From the NCBI RefSeq assembly GCF_036588685.1, contig NC_086381.1:62744001-62808000 (forward strand): 64,000 bases of DNA. The letters run 5' to 3'. The notes under the pieces were generated by a model. That model was not told the origin of the DNA, did no database searches, and saw nothing but the letters and a program-made list of their open reading frames with translations. Source of the stretch: Mytilus trossulus (lineage: Eukaryota). Made by a program: the position numbers and the translations under genes. Shown in pieces: positions 50,951-63,385 of this stretch. Within the stretch, counting starts at the first letter, position 1, and every line of letters begins with the position of its first letter.

Positions 50951-52849
50951 CTTAACATGAAAAAATAGGAAATACATTAGAACTGATCATTGATTGACAC
51001 TTCTTTGTGAGTTTGTTTACATTCTCACTGCTTTTTATTATTGATCACCATATTTTTACTTTTAAATTAACCTTAACTGCTCATATGAACCAATATAAAT
51101 GAAAACATTAAACAAAATTTATCATGGGAGTGTAAGCTACTAGCACCTATGTTGACTGTTTTCATCTACGTTTATTTATAACCAAGACAAAAATTTCCAT
51201 TGTAATTTGTTTTACCATATAGTTCCACCAAATTAATTTTGGATCCATATTGAATCATGGCAAATGGGTTTGAACCAACATCCAAACGATAAATGATTAT
51301 GTAATGAAAACATAATCGAATAACTAATGTTTTGTTTTATTTCTCCCAATATTATAAGCAACTAGACAATGGTCCATGCTTACTATTATCATTTTTAGAA
51401 ATGGGTCTTGTAAACTCTTTTTATTACTTATACTTGTTGTAATTTTATATTTGATCTATGAGTTTGACAGTCCCTCTGGTATATTTCGCCCCTCTTTATT
51501 GACTTTATTGTGGACGTCACATCCTTTTCACGTATTTATTTTTTTGGCAAAACACTTGAACTTCATTTGTGTATATATACTGTGAAAGTTTTGTATGCAT
51601 ATATTTATATATACATATGTATGTTACAGGACGTAGATAATGTAAAATGCAGAATAGTGACAAGAAAAAGTTATAGGATTTTCGCTGACAAATGCTCATA
51701 AGTTGTGTATTCATTCAAATTTGGGAGCTGTGACATGACAACGTTATGAAAACGCCGTCTTAACTTAATATGTACATGTAAAGTACGTTGTGACAGCGTT
51801 GAAGACGAGTAGTCAACTATAATAATAACTACTATAGTTATTTTGTAAAATTGAGGATGACAATGAATAATATGTCAAAGACAGCGGCCCGACCAAAGAG
51901 TAGAACACAACTGAAGGTCACGATTGCGTTTTCAACACGACGAAATCCAGCCCCAGAGGTGGGCTTCAGCTGGCCCTCCAATAAAAATGTGTACTTGTTC
52001 AGTGAAAATTGGCATCATACTAAACTCCAAAAATAAAAATGAACGAAAATTAAACATCATATTTAATAAAGGACAGAGGATCATATCGTGGGGCAGGTGC
52101 AAGTATTTGGCGGAGTTTTTCTAAAATCTTTATCCTCCCTATGTACCTCTAGCCAATATAGAAAAAAAAACCACTCATCAATATTCTACAAACTGCTGAG
52201 AGTCTGAAAAGATGTTCCTTGATAAGACTCAACAATAATCTCGACAGTATTTAACTACTCGACTCCGTCTTGACCAGTCTCGACTCAGTCTTAACCTGTC
52301 TAGACCAGTCTTGGCTGTCTCGACAAGTCTTGACTTAGTCTCGACCAGTTTTGACAAGTTTGAATCAGCGAATCTACATCAATTTTATATTGATCTTACA
52401 AATACAAGTTTTTTTTGTAGGTTGGTTGATTGCTGTCAAATTAAAGGATTTAATTAAAAGGTTATGATGAAAGTCTGGTAGTCACCATTAATTATTTCTA
52501 TAACGTCTTCAAATCAAGTTGGATTTAAAAAAAAAAACTCTTCAGCTTGCTGTCAAATTCAAAGATTTAATTGACAGATAAAGAAAGCTTTTTTTTTAGT
52601 TTGACTGATTTGAGATAGATACTTTTAAATTAAACATTTAAATTTGACAGCAATAAACCAAATTAGCAACTAACCTACTGCAGTATTGTGTAAGATCAAT
52701 ATTTAATTGAGATAGATGAACATCGAATGTGATTTAAAAAAGTATTACAAATTTTATCCTAACTGAATACTCCAGCTTTTTTTACCTACGAATAAAATAG
52801 AATTGGAATGAAATAAACCAAACTTCTAAACTACCCTTTCGTTTAAAAA

Positions 52850-53321
52850 AAATAATCCATGGTATCTTTAATCAATGTCGAAGGAACATTATCATGCAAC
52901 GTAAGAGGCTCGGAAGTGCATAATGATCCTTAAAAACGTTTTTTTATCTATGAAACAACGTTCACACGACCTTCAACCAACGTCGTTTTAGGGTCTTGCG
53001 TTTCCTGGGCAGACAGTTGATATTGATAAAAATTGGATGTTGATTCAACCGTTTCATTAGATTGGCATATCTTTGACGCAGACCGTGTGCTTACATTTTT
53101 TATTGTATTTTCTGAGCGATTGCGTTTGCACCCTTCAATCACATGTAGCCTCCCTTGTTGTTATCATACCGTTGGTAGCCTTCGTCTTTTCTTTTAATTG
53201 AATGTGTATTCAGAGAAGACTCAGGTGTTATTCAATTGATTTGAGTTCAAATACTTGAAAAAAATAACCTAAGTTAGCATATCGAAAACCACCCAACGAG
53301 AACAATTACGAGAGACCGCAT
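52850..53321 (-). pseudogene. Pseudogene E1 of an unidentified secreted protein, nested in gene D intron 1
   Basis: Signal-like MRSLVIVLVGWFSIC* followed by a decayed exon homologous to 60330-60682, with frame-conserved residues. Confidence 0.55.
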
Positions 53322-54597
53322 TTTTAAACTAATATCAATGTATAAAAATACCATATTAATCTATTGCAAGCACCATTCTGTTTAAAAGGTATTCTTTAAA
53401 GCAATTCAAATATCAAAGCATATAAAATATTGTTGACCTAATTTATACTTTTTGCAATATTTAGTTTTAAATCAATTGCATGCAATTCAAATTTAATTAT
53501 AATAGAATCGGTTAAAAAGAGAGGATGCTGAAATAGGATATATAGATTTATTATATCGGATGCAGATACAGTTTGGTCCATTATAAGCATTTTATAAACT
53601 AAATGTACATTAACGCCAGGTGCATATATTTCATTTAATTTCATCAATTTAACCTAGTTAAAGTAAACGCGAATTTAAAGTAATCGTGCAAAAAAAAAAC
53701 ATGGCGTAAACGTTCGTTTATGTTATGAAATTATTGGTGTATACTTAATTGAATGTGTACGTTTAAACCTCTTGCACTGTGTTTGTGTAAACATATTAAA
53801 TCAAGATCATGTGTTGTCGTAGGTTTTCTGTAATATAGAGGAATCAGATGATGGCGGTTGGTGGAGTCAGAATGTTTGATTTATATGCAAAAAGAATATG
53901 CACCGAAGTATGTATAAAACAGACGTTACAATTATGTTCTTTGAGTTGTTTTTTTATTTCCTGGTATTCTTTAAATGTATGTGTTACTTTTATATTTAAC
54001 AAAATCAAATGTTTCTAGGACTGAAAAAAATAGAAGCTTGTAGATTGAAGGAGCTAAATGGTTCTGTTGGATTGATTGATACGGGACAGTTATCACTCCC
54101 TAAATTAATTTAAGTATGTAGATGAAATATTTTTGGATTTAAATGCCTGCACCAAGTCAGAAATGTGGCAGTAGTTATCCATTTGTTTGATGTGTTTGAG
54201 TTTTTGATTTTGTCGTTTAGTTAGGGACTTTCCGTTTTTGTATTTTCCTTGGGGGTCAGTATTTTTGTGATTTTGCTATTTAGTTTACAATTAATTTAGC
54301 ATAAATACTTTTTCTTAATCATACTTATTAGCAGTTACGATACCTCTGCTGATGGACTATCAGTCCCCGAGGTTATCTTTAGCTCAGTAGTCAGTACTTC
54401 GAAACTGACATGAAGTAACGAACCTTTCAAAAATTGTCTGTTCATAAATTTTAAATTATTAAGAAACTTAGGTTTCAACTCCCTCAGGCAAAGCTGACTT
54501 CAGTGGAATTTGGCTATTTCATTTAGGTATTTTTGTCAAAAAGCTTTCAACGGTTTCGGTACTTATACATCATCGGATTTCAAATGTTTGGATCAGA

Positions 54598-54639
54598 GCG
54601 TTTCTGATTAAGGTAAATCAATAAAAGCGCTTCGGACGC
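54598..54639 (+). ncRNA. Degenerate type I hammerhead (CUGAUUA, UAAA)
   Basis: GCGTTT-CTGATTA-AGGTAAATCAA-TAAA-A GCGC T-TC-GGACGC. Confidence 0.6.
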
Positions 54640-54951
54640 CTGAAATTATTACACGTGTTATTTTCAATATTTTACATAACTGGGTCTACACCTATGCTGG
54701 TGGACTATAAGTACCCACGGAATCCTCATGCAGCTCAGTAGTAAGTATTTCGGTACTGACATGAGTTAACATTACTTTCTCAAATTGTAAGTTTATAAAT
54801 TTCGATATTATTAAGAAACAATGGTTTTAACTCCCTCAGGCAAAGTTTACATTAGATGAATTTGGATATTTTTTTTTAAGTATTTTTGTCATAAAGCTCA
54901 TCAACAGTTTCGGTAATTATACATCCTTGGATTTCAAATGTTTAGCTTTGA

Positions 54952-54993
54952 GCGTTTCTGATGAAGGTTAATCCAGAAAAGCGCTTCGGACGC
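54952..54993 (+). ncRNA. Type I minimal hammerhead ribozyme with intact core
   Basis: GCGTTT-CTGATGA-A GG ttaat CC A-GAAA-A GCGC T-TC-GGACGC; palindromic AAGCGCTT stem III. Confidence 0.75.
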
Positions 54994-55348
54994 ATAATAT
55001 TATTAAACGTGTTGTTTTCATAAACGAATATATAGTGTTGTTTTCATAAAAGCTACACTACACGACGCGAAACGCTTTTGTAGCATCAATGCTTTATTCT
55101 CAAGAACATGAATTCCTAGATTCTTTTTGATCAACAGTTCAAATGATGTGAAGTGTTTTGAAATGAGGTTCGGCTTACCTTCATTTCAATTGACACAGAT
55201 AGTGTCTGGGCTTTTCTATTTTTCTATTTGTAAAACATTTGGTTTTCTTTTTTTTCTGTATTTTCATTTTTTGAGTCCGTTTATCAAAAATTAGTCGCAT
55301 GTAATTACATTTATTTGTATCGAAATTCTTAAAATTCTTAAAACTTAC

Positions 55349-55409
55349 CTAAGCATATCGTAAAACATCCGAAAAGAAAAATGACTGCAAACCACATTTT
55401 TAAACTCAT
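55349..55409 (-). CDS. Gene D exon 1, signal peptide
   Basis: MSLKMWFAVIFLFGCFTICL plus phase-1 donor GTAAGT; gives an 810-nt CDS (269 aa) with exons 2 and 3. Confidence 0.75.
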
Positions 55410-55776
55410 ATAACTGCTTTTATTTTCCAAATGAAAAAACAACTTTTCTGATTGAAAATTGTTTTTAAAAGCAATTCCAAACTTCAATCAACATGATCAT
55501 ATAGTTGACACAAACTAAATGTGTCGCAATATATGATTTAAAATCATTGGCATGCCCTTAATACTTACAAAAAGAATAAAATCGATTGCATAGATTTAAT
55601 ACGTTTGTTCTCTTATTATAATTGATACATCAATCATCAACACCAGTTTTTATGTTACTACAGTTTTATTTCTTTTCAAATAGATATACTAGTAAATATT
55701 AAATATTCTGAATTATCATATATTTAGTACCAAATACAGCAATATTGTATATCTTATAAAGGTTCTTTTTTCCAGT

Positions 55777-56490
55777 CTGTATCACCTACCCTGTATTGCA
55801 TACCCCGTATCGCATAACGAAATCCGTATCGCATAGCAAAACCCATATCGCATGCCTGGCGCGACGTCGTAAATATAATGACATCAACGTTTGACCTATG
55901 ACGTCGAGTTGCTTAATTTTCTGGCATTGAACAAAAATTAGTTCCCACTTTAAAAATATGTCCTACTATCATTTCAAAAATCAATATCAAATTGACATTT
56001 TTCAAAAAATTAAAACCCAGTAACTTCACGAGTTATATTTATATAATAAAAAGACACAATAAGATGAAGAAAAATTGTATCCGAAGTTGTATTGTTTATT
56101 TAGTGTTAATTTGGGTAAGGTTTGTTCTCATAACATGATGCGTTATCAGTCATTTTGTTACTTGGTATTTTTTTTATGAAAAATATTAATTTTAGTTGAA
56201 CGTATAGGACAATATTGTTAATGGATGCATTTTAATACATAGTCTTAAACATATATTGAGAATGTAACAAGGTTGTTGGGGTCATTACAATGTGGATATT
56301 AAGATGATAAGGAAGTCTTTAACACAAATCAAGCCACCAGCTGGAAAAATACAGGAAATCATAATGTTCTTTTCTTGCTTATATTTTCAGACGTTTAATA
56401 AAAAGGATATCCCGGGAATCTGATTCGGTCCTCGGGACGGACATTGGTCTGTCTTGGTGATACAGCATGCGATACGGGTTTTGCCATGTA
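55777..56490. mobile_element. Probable non-autonomous DNA element with repeated CCGTATCGCAT motifs
   Basis: Left-end tandem CCGTATCGCAT / CTGTATCACC motifs are inverted at the right end (GGTGATACAGCATGCGATACGGGTTTTGCCATG). Confidence 0.5.
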
Positions 56491-59056
56491 TTATTCTAAA
56501 TTTATTGCATGCTAATATCAATACTGTTTTGTCATTTATTTTTATTCGGAATCAGACATCATAAGTATTTGGGTAAATAAAAGAGGGACGAAATATACCA
56601 GCGGGACAGTCAAACTATCAACAACTGACTATGTATGAAATATGTTTAAATTTAATAATTGATACGATCAGATACAAATACAGTTGTGTTGTATTGTGTA
56701 CAGACAACACATTACATTAACCAATCGACGTTCGATCTCTATTAAAGTATCAAGCGTTGTAATAAACCTAAATGTATTGAATATAAAACATACTAAAAAT
56801 CAAATTATTGGTCCGTGTGCATGTTTTAAAGACAATTGAAAATTTGGCGGATATAATTCCTTCTAGATTTACATTAATATATTTTTTCCCTTCAAAACCT
56901 ATGAAAAAATGCACATGCATTGAATAATTTTATTGGCTGTCTACATTCACTAAAATTATTAAATAAAAATTAGGGGATAAATAGAAATATTTGAATTGTT
57001 CCTACAAAGGATAATACTAGACAATTCCAAACATCTGTCAAAATGAAGAGGGAAAAATGAGTCGCGAACATCCTTGGCACTTCGTGTACATATTTCAATG
57101 ATTTACAATAAATGTTTATTTTGATAAGCGTGTTTACTATAAAAATGTTAACGCGCTCAAAATTTCTAATGTCTACCCGAAAAAAAGTGAGTTACTTTGT
57201 GTCCGTTTAGTCAGTAGTTTTCAGGCATTAACTTCAAATTTCGCTCGTTCATATTTTATGTACTCTTGCAAGTAAACAAGTGATTACATTTGATGTTAAA
57301 TATATTTGTCCATTGTAATATAAATAAGCTACATTTCCTCCCTGATAATAAGTCATCCGCGAAAATTTGAACATATCTGCGACAATAATTTCTTCAAATG
57401 TGAATAAAAAAACATCGTTCTGTATTTTAAGGACACAATGTTGATATAGGTATATTTGTATCGACTGTATTTACAATACAGTTGTATTTGGATCCACTGT
57501 ATTTACAATACACTTGAGAATGTTTTTACCAGCTACTAATTCTCATCGGATCATTATTATAACAAAATGCATTTAAGCAGACATTAATTAATCCGGATAA
57601 AATGGGTTCTTGATTTCTAATTTCCCATTCTTTGAATTTATGTCTGATATATTGGAAAATCTTTGTCTAATCAATTTTTTGATTGACAATGACAGTGTTT
57701 GAATTTTCAAACATAATCGTAACATCTAACTGTTTATAAAAGCGCATTTATTTTTATTATGTTCGTCGATATTATAGTATTTTATGCGAAAGTCATACAG
57801 ATCAGAGGTTTAAGTAGCTATAAAACCTAGTTCATTCCACCCTTAACTACATAAGAAAATGCTTTTAACCAAGTCAGGAACATGACAGTTGTTGTTAAAT
57901 CGTTTCATGTGTTTGAGGATTTGATTTGCCAATTATATAAAGAACTTTCATCAGAGATCTGTATTTTGTGTTTTTCCTCTTTACACTAGCTGCATTAAAT
58001 GTGTAGTAATTGATAGTCACGATTCTCTTATGAGCTGTCATTGACTTAGAACTAGCTTTCCATAACTGCGAGTACTCTAAGATCTGTACAATATGTCTTT
58101 ATGTTCAAGTAACAGGAACACGTGTTTTTGTGGGGTGTACTTTTGTATTTCTATTTGAATCCATCTGATGATTTTAACCTTTTACAACTGATTCTTATAG
58201 TTCGTTCTGAAGATATACTGCTACACCACTGTCCCAAGTTAAGGAAAAGTTTTGGATTTCGCTATTTTGTTTAACCTAGCCACTTTATGTATATATGCAA
58301 TTTTCGGGAGCCTATAATTCATTGTGTCATTCGGTCTATAGTGAAGAGTTGTTCCATTAACAATCATGCATAACACGTCTTCTTTTATATATATATATCG
58401 AAATAAAGACCTACTCAGGTATGGTATAATATATCCAGCAAGGAAAATGACTGTCAACTGCATCGATAAACTGAATTTAAATGTTTAAAGTTAACAGTTG
58501 TTTGATAACGAATTTTTTTCACAAGAATTTAATGACTTTCTGATTTTAAATTCACCTTGGAATTCTTCATTTTTATTGTATGTTTTAGAAACGAATTGAC
58601 TTATACAACCTTTATATTGAAATTATTTTTATTATAAAATAAGATGAAAATTTAATCGATAATTTAATTATTCACATTACTTGCGTTATTAACACAAGAT
58701 TTTATGCTGTACTACTCTTCCTTGTGTGATATGTTCACCTTTTAATTAGTCCCTACATTAAAATTACTTGACCTTATTGCTTACAGCTACTTTTAATTAA
58801 AACAGACTTAACTCGGAAAATATAATATTGACCAATGAAACGAGATTAAAGTCAAGTAACCGTACATAACCATCATGTAGACTTAACAATTATCAATTAA
58901 GGTCGGATGAAACCTGTCAATTTTTACCTTTTAATCCTTCCTTCCACAAGTATTTTTGTCCTACTGCTTACAATATCTGATATATGGACCTATAATCATG
59001 CACATTTATCTATGATCATATATTAATGGAATGAAGTCGAGGTCAGGTGAAATAAG

Positions 59057-59365
59057 TATACCCCCGCTTTAAAAAAAGGGGGGGTATACTGTTTTACCTC
59101 TGTCTGTCCTTCCGTCAGTCCGTCAGTCAGTCCGTCCGTCCCATGAATATCTTTCGTCGCATTTTTTCTCAGAAACTACAATACAAGGATTACTGAAATT
59201 TAATTTCAGGATTTATATAAGTCAGCTATACCGTGTGATGTGTTTTCAGATTCATTACTCGACAACTTCCTGTTTACCGAACACTTGCATATTTTTACAC
59301 TATTTATATTATCCACTTGCGCCGGGGGTATCATCAGTGAGCAGTATCTCGCAGTTTCACTTGTT
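59057..59365 (+). mobile_element. DINE-1/HINE-type non-autonomous Helentron
   Basis: 5' TATACCCCC...GGGGGTATA hairpin, (GTCC/GTCA)n microsatellite, 3' subTIR GGGGGTAT, terminal stem-loop then TTGTT. Confidence 0.8.
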
Positions 59366-60329
59366 CTGTCTGAAGGGACATTAAAACCTTGCAAAAAATC
59401 ATACATCAAATATAGTCATCCTATTACTAATAATAAGTGAGTATTTCATATAAAAAAAACGCTTTTCTTTAAGCAGTTGCTGAAGCAGAAAATAAGGCTT
59501 AGGAAACGGACAAACTACATAACATTTCTAAAAGCCTCTGAAATTTAAAGCTTAGTACAAATAGTTTGCCTCGCTACGGCTGCTCAATTATAACCCAGAT
59601 GTCTCTTAGAAGAGACAAACAATACATATTTTGTTTGTAATACTAGTATGGTATGAAACTATTAACCAATTTTCAAAAATAGTATATAAATGCTAGTTTA
59701 TCAGGAAATTGCACGAATTTCAATAATTATTATAAAAAAGAATACCGTATAATCGGCAATAAAAATACGAGACAATTCAACGAGAAATATTACTGACACA
59801 TTTATCATGTTAATAACAAAAAAAAAACCAACTTGAACCAACGACAACCAAATTATTTGTCATAATAATATTATCGTGCAATAGAACAGTTAATAAAGAA
59901 AAAATCGAAAGAATAGAGAGCAAGCTCAATTAATAATTAGAAAACAAAATTAATAAGACAACTAGTGAATAGTGAACAACATTATTTGACTTCAAATTAA
60001 GTGTGCTTGATCATGTTGCTTAGTCTTAAGTGTTCTGTCTTTTCCTTTTCGCATTGTCGTTTGTCTGTTTGTGTTTTCTCTTATCTTTTATACATGATTT
60101 ATCGAAGTTGTCAATTTATTTTCGACTTATGAGTTTAAATACCTACTTAAACGAGAAAAGTACAGTATAAAACTAAGAGTGGACGTGACGTTGTCAATGT
60201 ACACATCCAACGTGATATGATTAATAGCGATACACAGATTGTCATTGTTTTTTTTTTCAAACTCGATGATGATTTAGACAACATCTCATCTCAAGGCTTT
60301 ACCGAAATCGTAGCTGCAAAAAAAAATCA

Positions 60330-60985
60330 TCAATAATCTGTAACTCTAATCAACGTTAAAGGAACGTTATCACACAACGTAATAGACTCGGTAGTGCAGA
60401 ATAATCTTGTGTAACGATGTTGCGATGTTGTCATAACGTTTTTAATGACACGACCTTCAACATCTTCATTGCGTCGTATGTTGCTGACTAGAGAAGAGGG
60501 TATTAAAATATTGCCTTTTAACTTGTCTGTTAATCATTAATGTTTTGGTACATTGATATATCTTTGGCGTAAACCCTTTGCTAACATTTTGATGTGTAGT
60601 TTCTGAGCAACAGCGTTTCCATACGTCACTAACATGTAGCCTCTTTTGCTGTAATCGTACCGTGGCTAGAGTTTGTCTTTGTCTAACCGTCTAGTGGGTC
60701 ATTTTCGCTTATTTCCGCGGAAAGAACAAAATTAACATAATAAATTCCGTCAATTTAAAAGTGCACATGCAAAGGTATAGGTAAAAGTTTTGAACCCGCC
60801 AAAGTCGTAAAAAATAATTTAACAAATACCTTATTCAATAAAAATCACAAAATTTTACACCCGCAAAAATAACCCACTACATGTATACGGTATCCAATTC
60901 ATTTAAGGTCCATTACTTGAAAATAGGAGTCTAAGTTAGCTTATCGAAATAACACCCGACGACGGAAAATCAATAAAAACCGCAT
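60330..60985 (-). pseudogene. Pseudogene E2, paralog of E1
   Basis: Frameshifted signal exon (ATG at 60985). Exon from 60682 reads RYDYSKRGYMLVTYGNAVAQKLHIKMLAKGLRQRYIN...ALPSLLRCVITFL with stops. Confidence 0.55.
60692..60881. mobile_element. Small MITE in E2 intron
   Basis: TAGTGGGTCATTTTCGC versus GCAAAAATAACCCACTA TIRs; absent from paralog E1. Confidence 0.55.
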
Positions 60986-60994
60986 TTTTAAACT

Positions 60995-61440
60995 GGTCTG
61001 AGACCACCATTGTCATTCCTTGATTTTCGTTGTTCACAAATATAGTCCCTAGTGTTGACAGTGGGTTACTTGCCATTAATTTTTATACCCCTTCCAAATT
61101 TATTTCTCCATGTCTAATGCCTCAAATTGCAAGAAGGGGGTGAAATTGCACTGTAAAAATATTTGGGTCAAGAATTTTAAAGGACAGTAGTGATTTGGTC
61201 CAGCTGAATAAGGTTTAAAATTAGAACTTCGGAAGCTGTCAAAAATTTCAAGACGCCCTAAACACAAAATTGTCCAAATTTTCAGTTAGAGGCGATGAAG
61301 TTTAATTTGATTTTGATATGATAAAAAAAGTAGTACAACACACTGCAAAAATTTCTTTGAGAAAACGCAGGTGTTTTTTTTTTAAATTTTCATTTATGTT
61401 CTAAAAGAAATGCACTACGAAATAATTGTGGTCTCGGACC
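60995..61440. mobile_element. MITE with 4-bp TSD (Sola-like), 446 bp
   Basis: TIRs GGTCTGAGACCACCATT / AATTGTGGTCTCGGACC; AACT duplicated on both flanks; single AACT at the paralogous empty site (~53327). Confidence 0.8.
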
Positions 61441-61989
61441 AACTGATAGAAATGTATTAACATGACATTTCATTGGATTGCAAAAACCATTTTGTTTAAA
61501 AGGTATTCTTTAAGGTAATTCAAATAGTGAAGCTTATATTATATTGTTCACACAAATTATATTATTTGAAATGAATAGTTTCAAATCAATTTTTTGCACT
61601 TCATAGTAAAATGGGATAGAACATCAAATAAAAAGAGAGGATGCTGAAATTGGATATATTACTAGTTAACGTGAACAAATATCAATAGAACAAAAAATGT
61701 GTGCTCGTGTAATTAACGGTAAATTTTTGATTATGTAATTATTGGTTTACACCTAGCATGCCTAATAATGCCTATTTGCATTCCAGCTCTGTTTGTGCGT
61801 AAACAATTTCAGAAAGTCTAGACTAGTTGTTGTTTGTAGGTGTTGTCTTTTCCCCTCTGTATCTTAAGTGAATCAAATGCTAGGGGTTGATGGGAATAGA
61901 GTCAGCAGGTATGATTGTAATTGAAACGAATTTTCACCAAAATGACCAATATGTAAGCAGGCCCTACATGTAATTTTCTGCTAGAATGA

Positions 61990-63262
61990 TTGTATGATGC
62001 ATACAGTGTGTTGTTTGTGATTGTCACTTTCAACCTCATCACTCGAAAGCAGCATGCTGTGAAAAGAAAGCCTAGTGTGTAAGTCTTCCCTGCCAGCAAT
62101 AGCCTCTCATGCAGTTAGACCAATGTGGCCAGATATGGAATCCTCATCGAGGCCCCTAGATGCACGGCATGCAGGCCCATCGGTGTGTGGACATGCCCTG
62201 ATGCCTGTAAACCTTACCCCAACTTATGGGTAAATAGCTTCACTGCCTTGTGGATGACCTAGTAAAAGTCAAAGGCTATGGAAGTAAATGCAGACAGAAA
62301 ATCCGGGTAGATGGTGCTCGTAAGCTCAGTAACAGCAGTCGTCTAAGGGAAGGAACATCCTGACAGAAAAACCCGACCCTTCACTTAAGAAGTGCAGCTT
62401 CGGGCTAACCACCCTAATTTGTTAAAAACATTATATTACAATAACAGTCACGAGAAATGTATCTACTAATATGGAGAAGAGCCTCCAAAATAACAGCGGA
62501 GCATGTGACTGTTGGCAGTGAAAGCCGAGAGGTTAATTCCAACAATAATATGGAGACCCTTAACACAGCCAAAAGTAAAACTAGAATTGGGTTCTGGAAT
62601 GTCCGTACAATGTACTCTGCTGGGAAACTTGCAGAAATTACATCTGAAATGCGACGTTACAAACTTCGTATTCTATGCATAAATGAAAGCAGATGGACCG
62701 ACTCTGGTAGAATAACAACAAGAACTGGAGAAATTACACTCCACTCTGGAATAGTTGATGGGCAACATCATGAAGGGGTAGCAATTATTCTGAAGAAAGG
62801 AATGCCGAAATATCTTATAGAATGGAAACCAACAAATAGTAAGCTGTTTATGCATGTTATGGCAAGGTTAAATAAGATGCATTTTATGAACAACTACAAC
62901 AGGAAATAGACAAAACACCCGACATCAAAATCATCATGGGAGATATGAATGTCAGAGTTGGATCTCGTAACACCCACTTTGAAAGAGCTATGGGAAATCA
63001 TGGATGTGGTAATATAAATGAGAATGGTGAAAGACTAGCAGAACTATGTACCACCAACATCTATGTAATAGGAAGGACAAATGTTCTGCATCGAAACATT
63101 CATAAATTGACATGGTGCTCTCATAACCAACGAGACAAGAATCAAATAGATCACATCATGATAAATGTAATGTGGAAGAGATCCCTGTTGAATGTTGAAG
63201 TCAAGAGAAGAGCTGATGTTGGAAGTGATCATCATTTGGTAAAAGCTGACATCAAACTCAAA
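61990..63262 (+). mobile_element. RTE-clade LINE 5' UTR and APE endonuclease, decayed, RT missing
   Basis: RIGFWNVRTM, LCINESRWTDSG, GVAIIL, MGDMNVRVG, NQIDHIMIN and DVGSDHHLV. Confidence 0.88.
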
Positions 63263-63385
63263 CACAGGGCAAATGGAGGCGAGTGCACAAGCACGAGCGT
63301 GGTTCGAACTCACAACCTCAGTGTTGACTAGCTAGTGATAACAGAAGTGACTACTTGGACCACTTGACTAACGAGGCGAGGCCCC
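63262..63385 (-). mobile_element. tRNA-derived SINE head
   Basis: GGGGCC 5' end, box A TAGTCAAGTGG, box B GAGTTCGAACC; no proper cloverleaf. Confidence 0.7.

Larger units (their letters stand above)
54340..55021 (+). mobile_element. Tandem non-LTR retrozyme (family B), ~2 monomers, 354-nt period
   Basis: Two direct repeats, each with a hammerhead motif; predicted cleavage sites after 54633 and 54987. Confidence 0.8.

Noticed and set aside
55170-55270. Alternative exon 1 for gene D at the GTAAGC donor (~55178)
   Set aside because: No open hydrophobic signal-peptide frame upstream; the 55349-55409 exon fits much better.
61990-62450. HDV-like ribozyme in the RTE 5' UTR (known for some RTEs)
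   Set aside because: I could not build the nested double pseudoknot by eye; an RNAMotif/Infernal search would be needed.
63262-63385. Possible tRNA gene
   Set aside because: A and B boxes are present, but there is no acceptor or anticodon stem and the spacing is too long; it is a SINE head.
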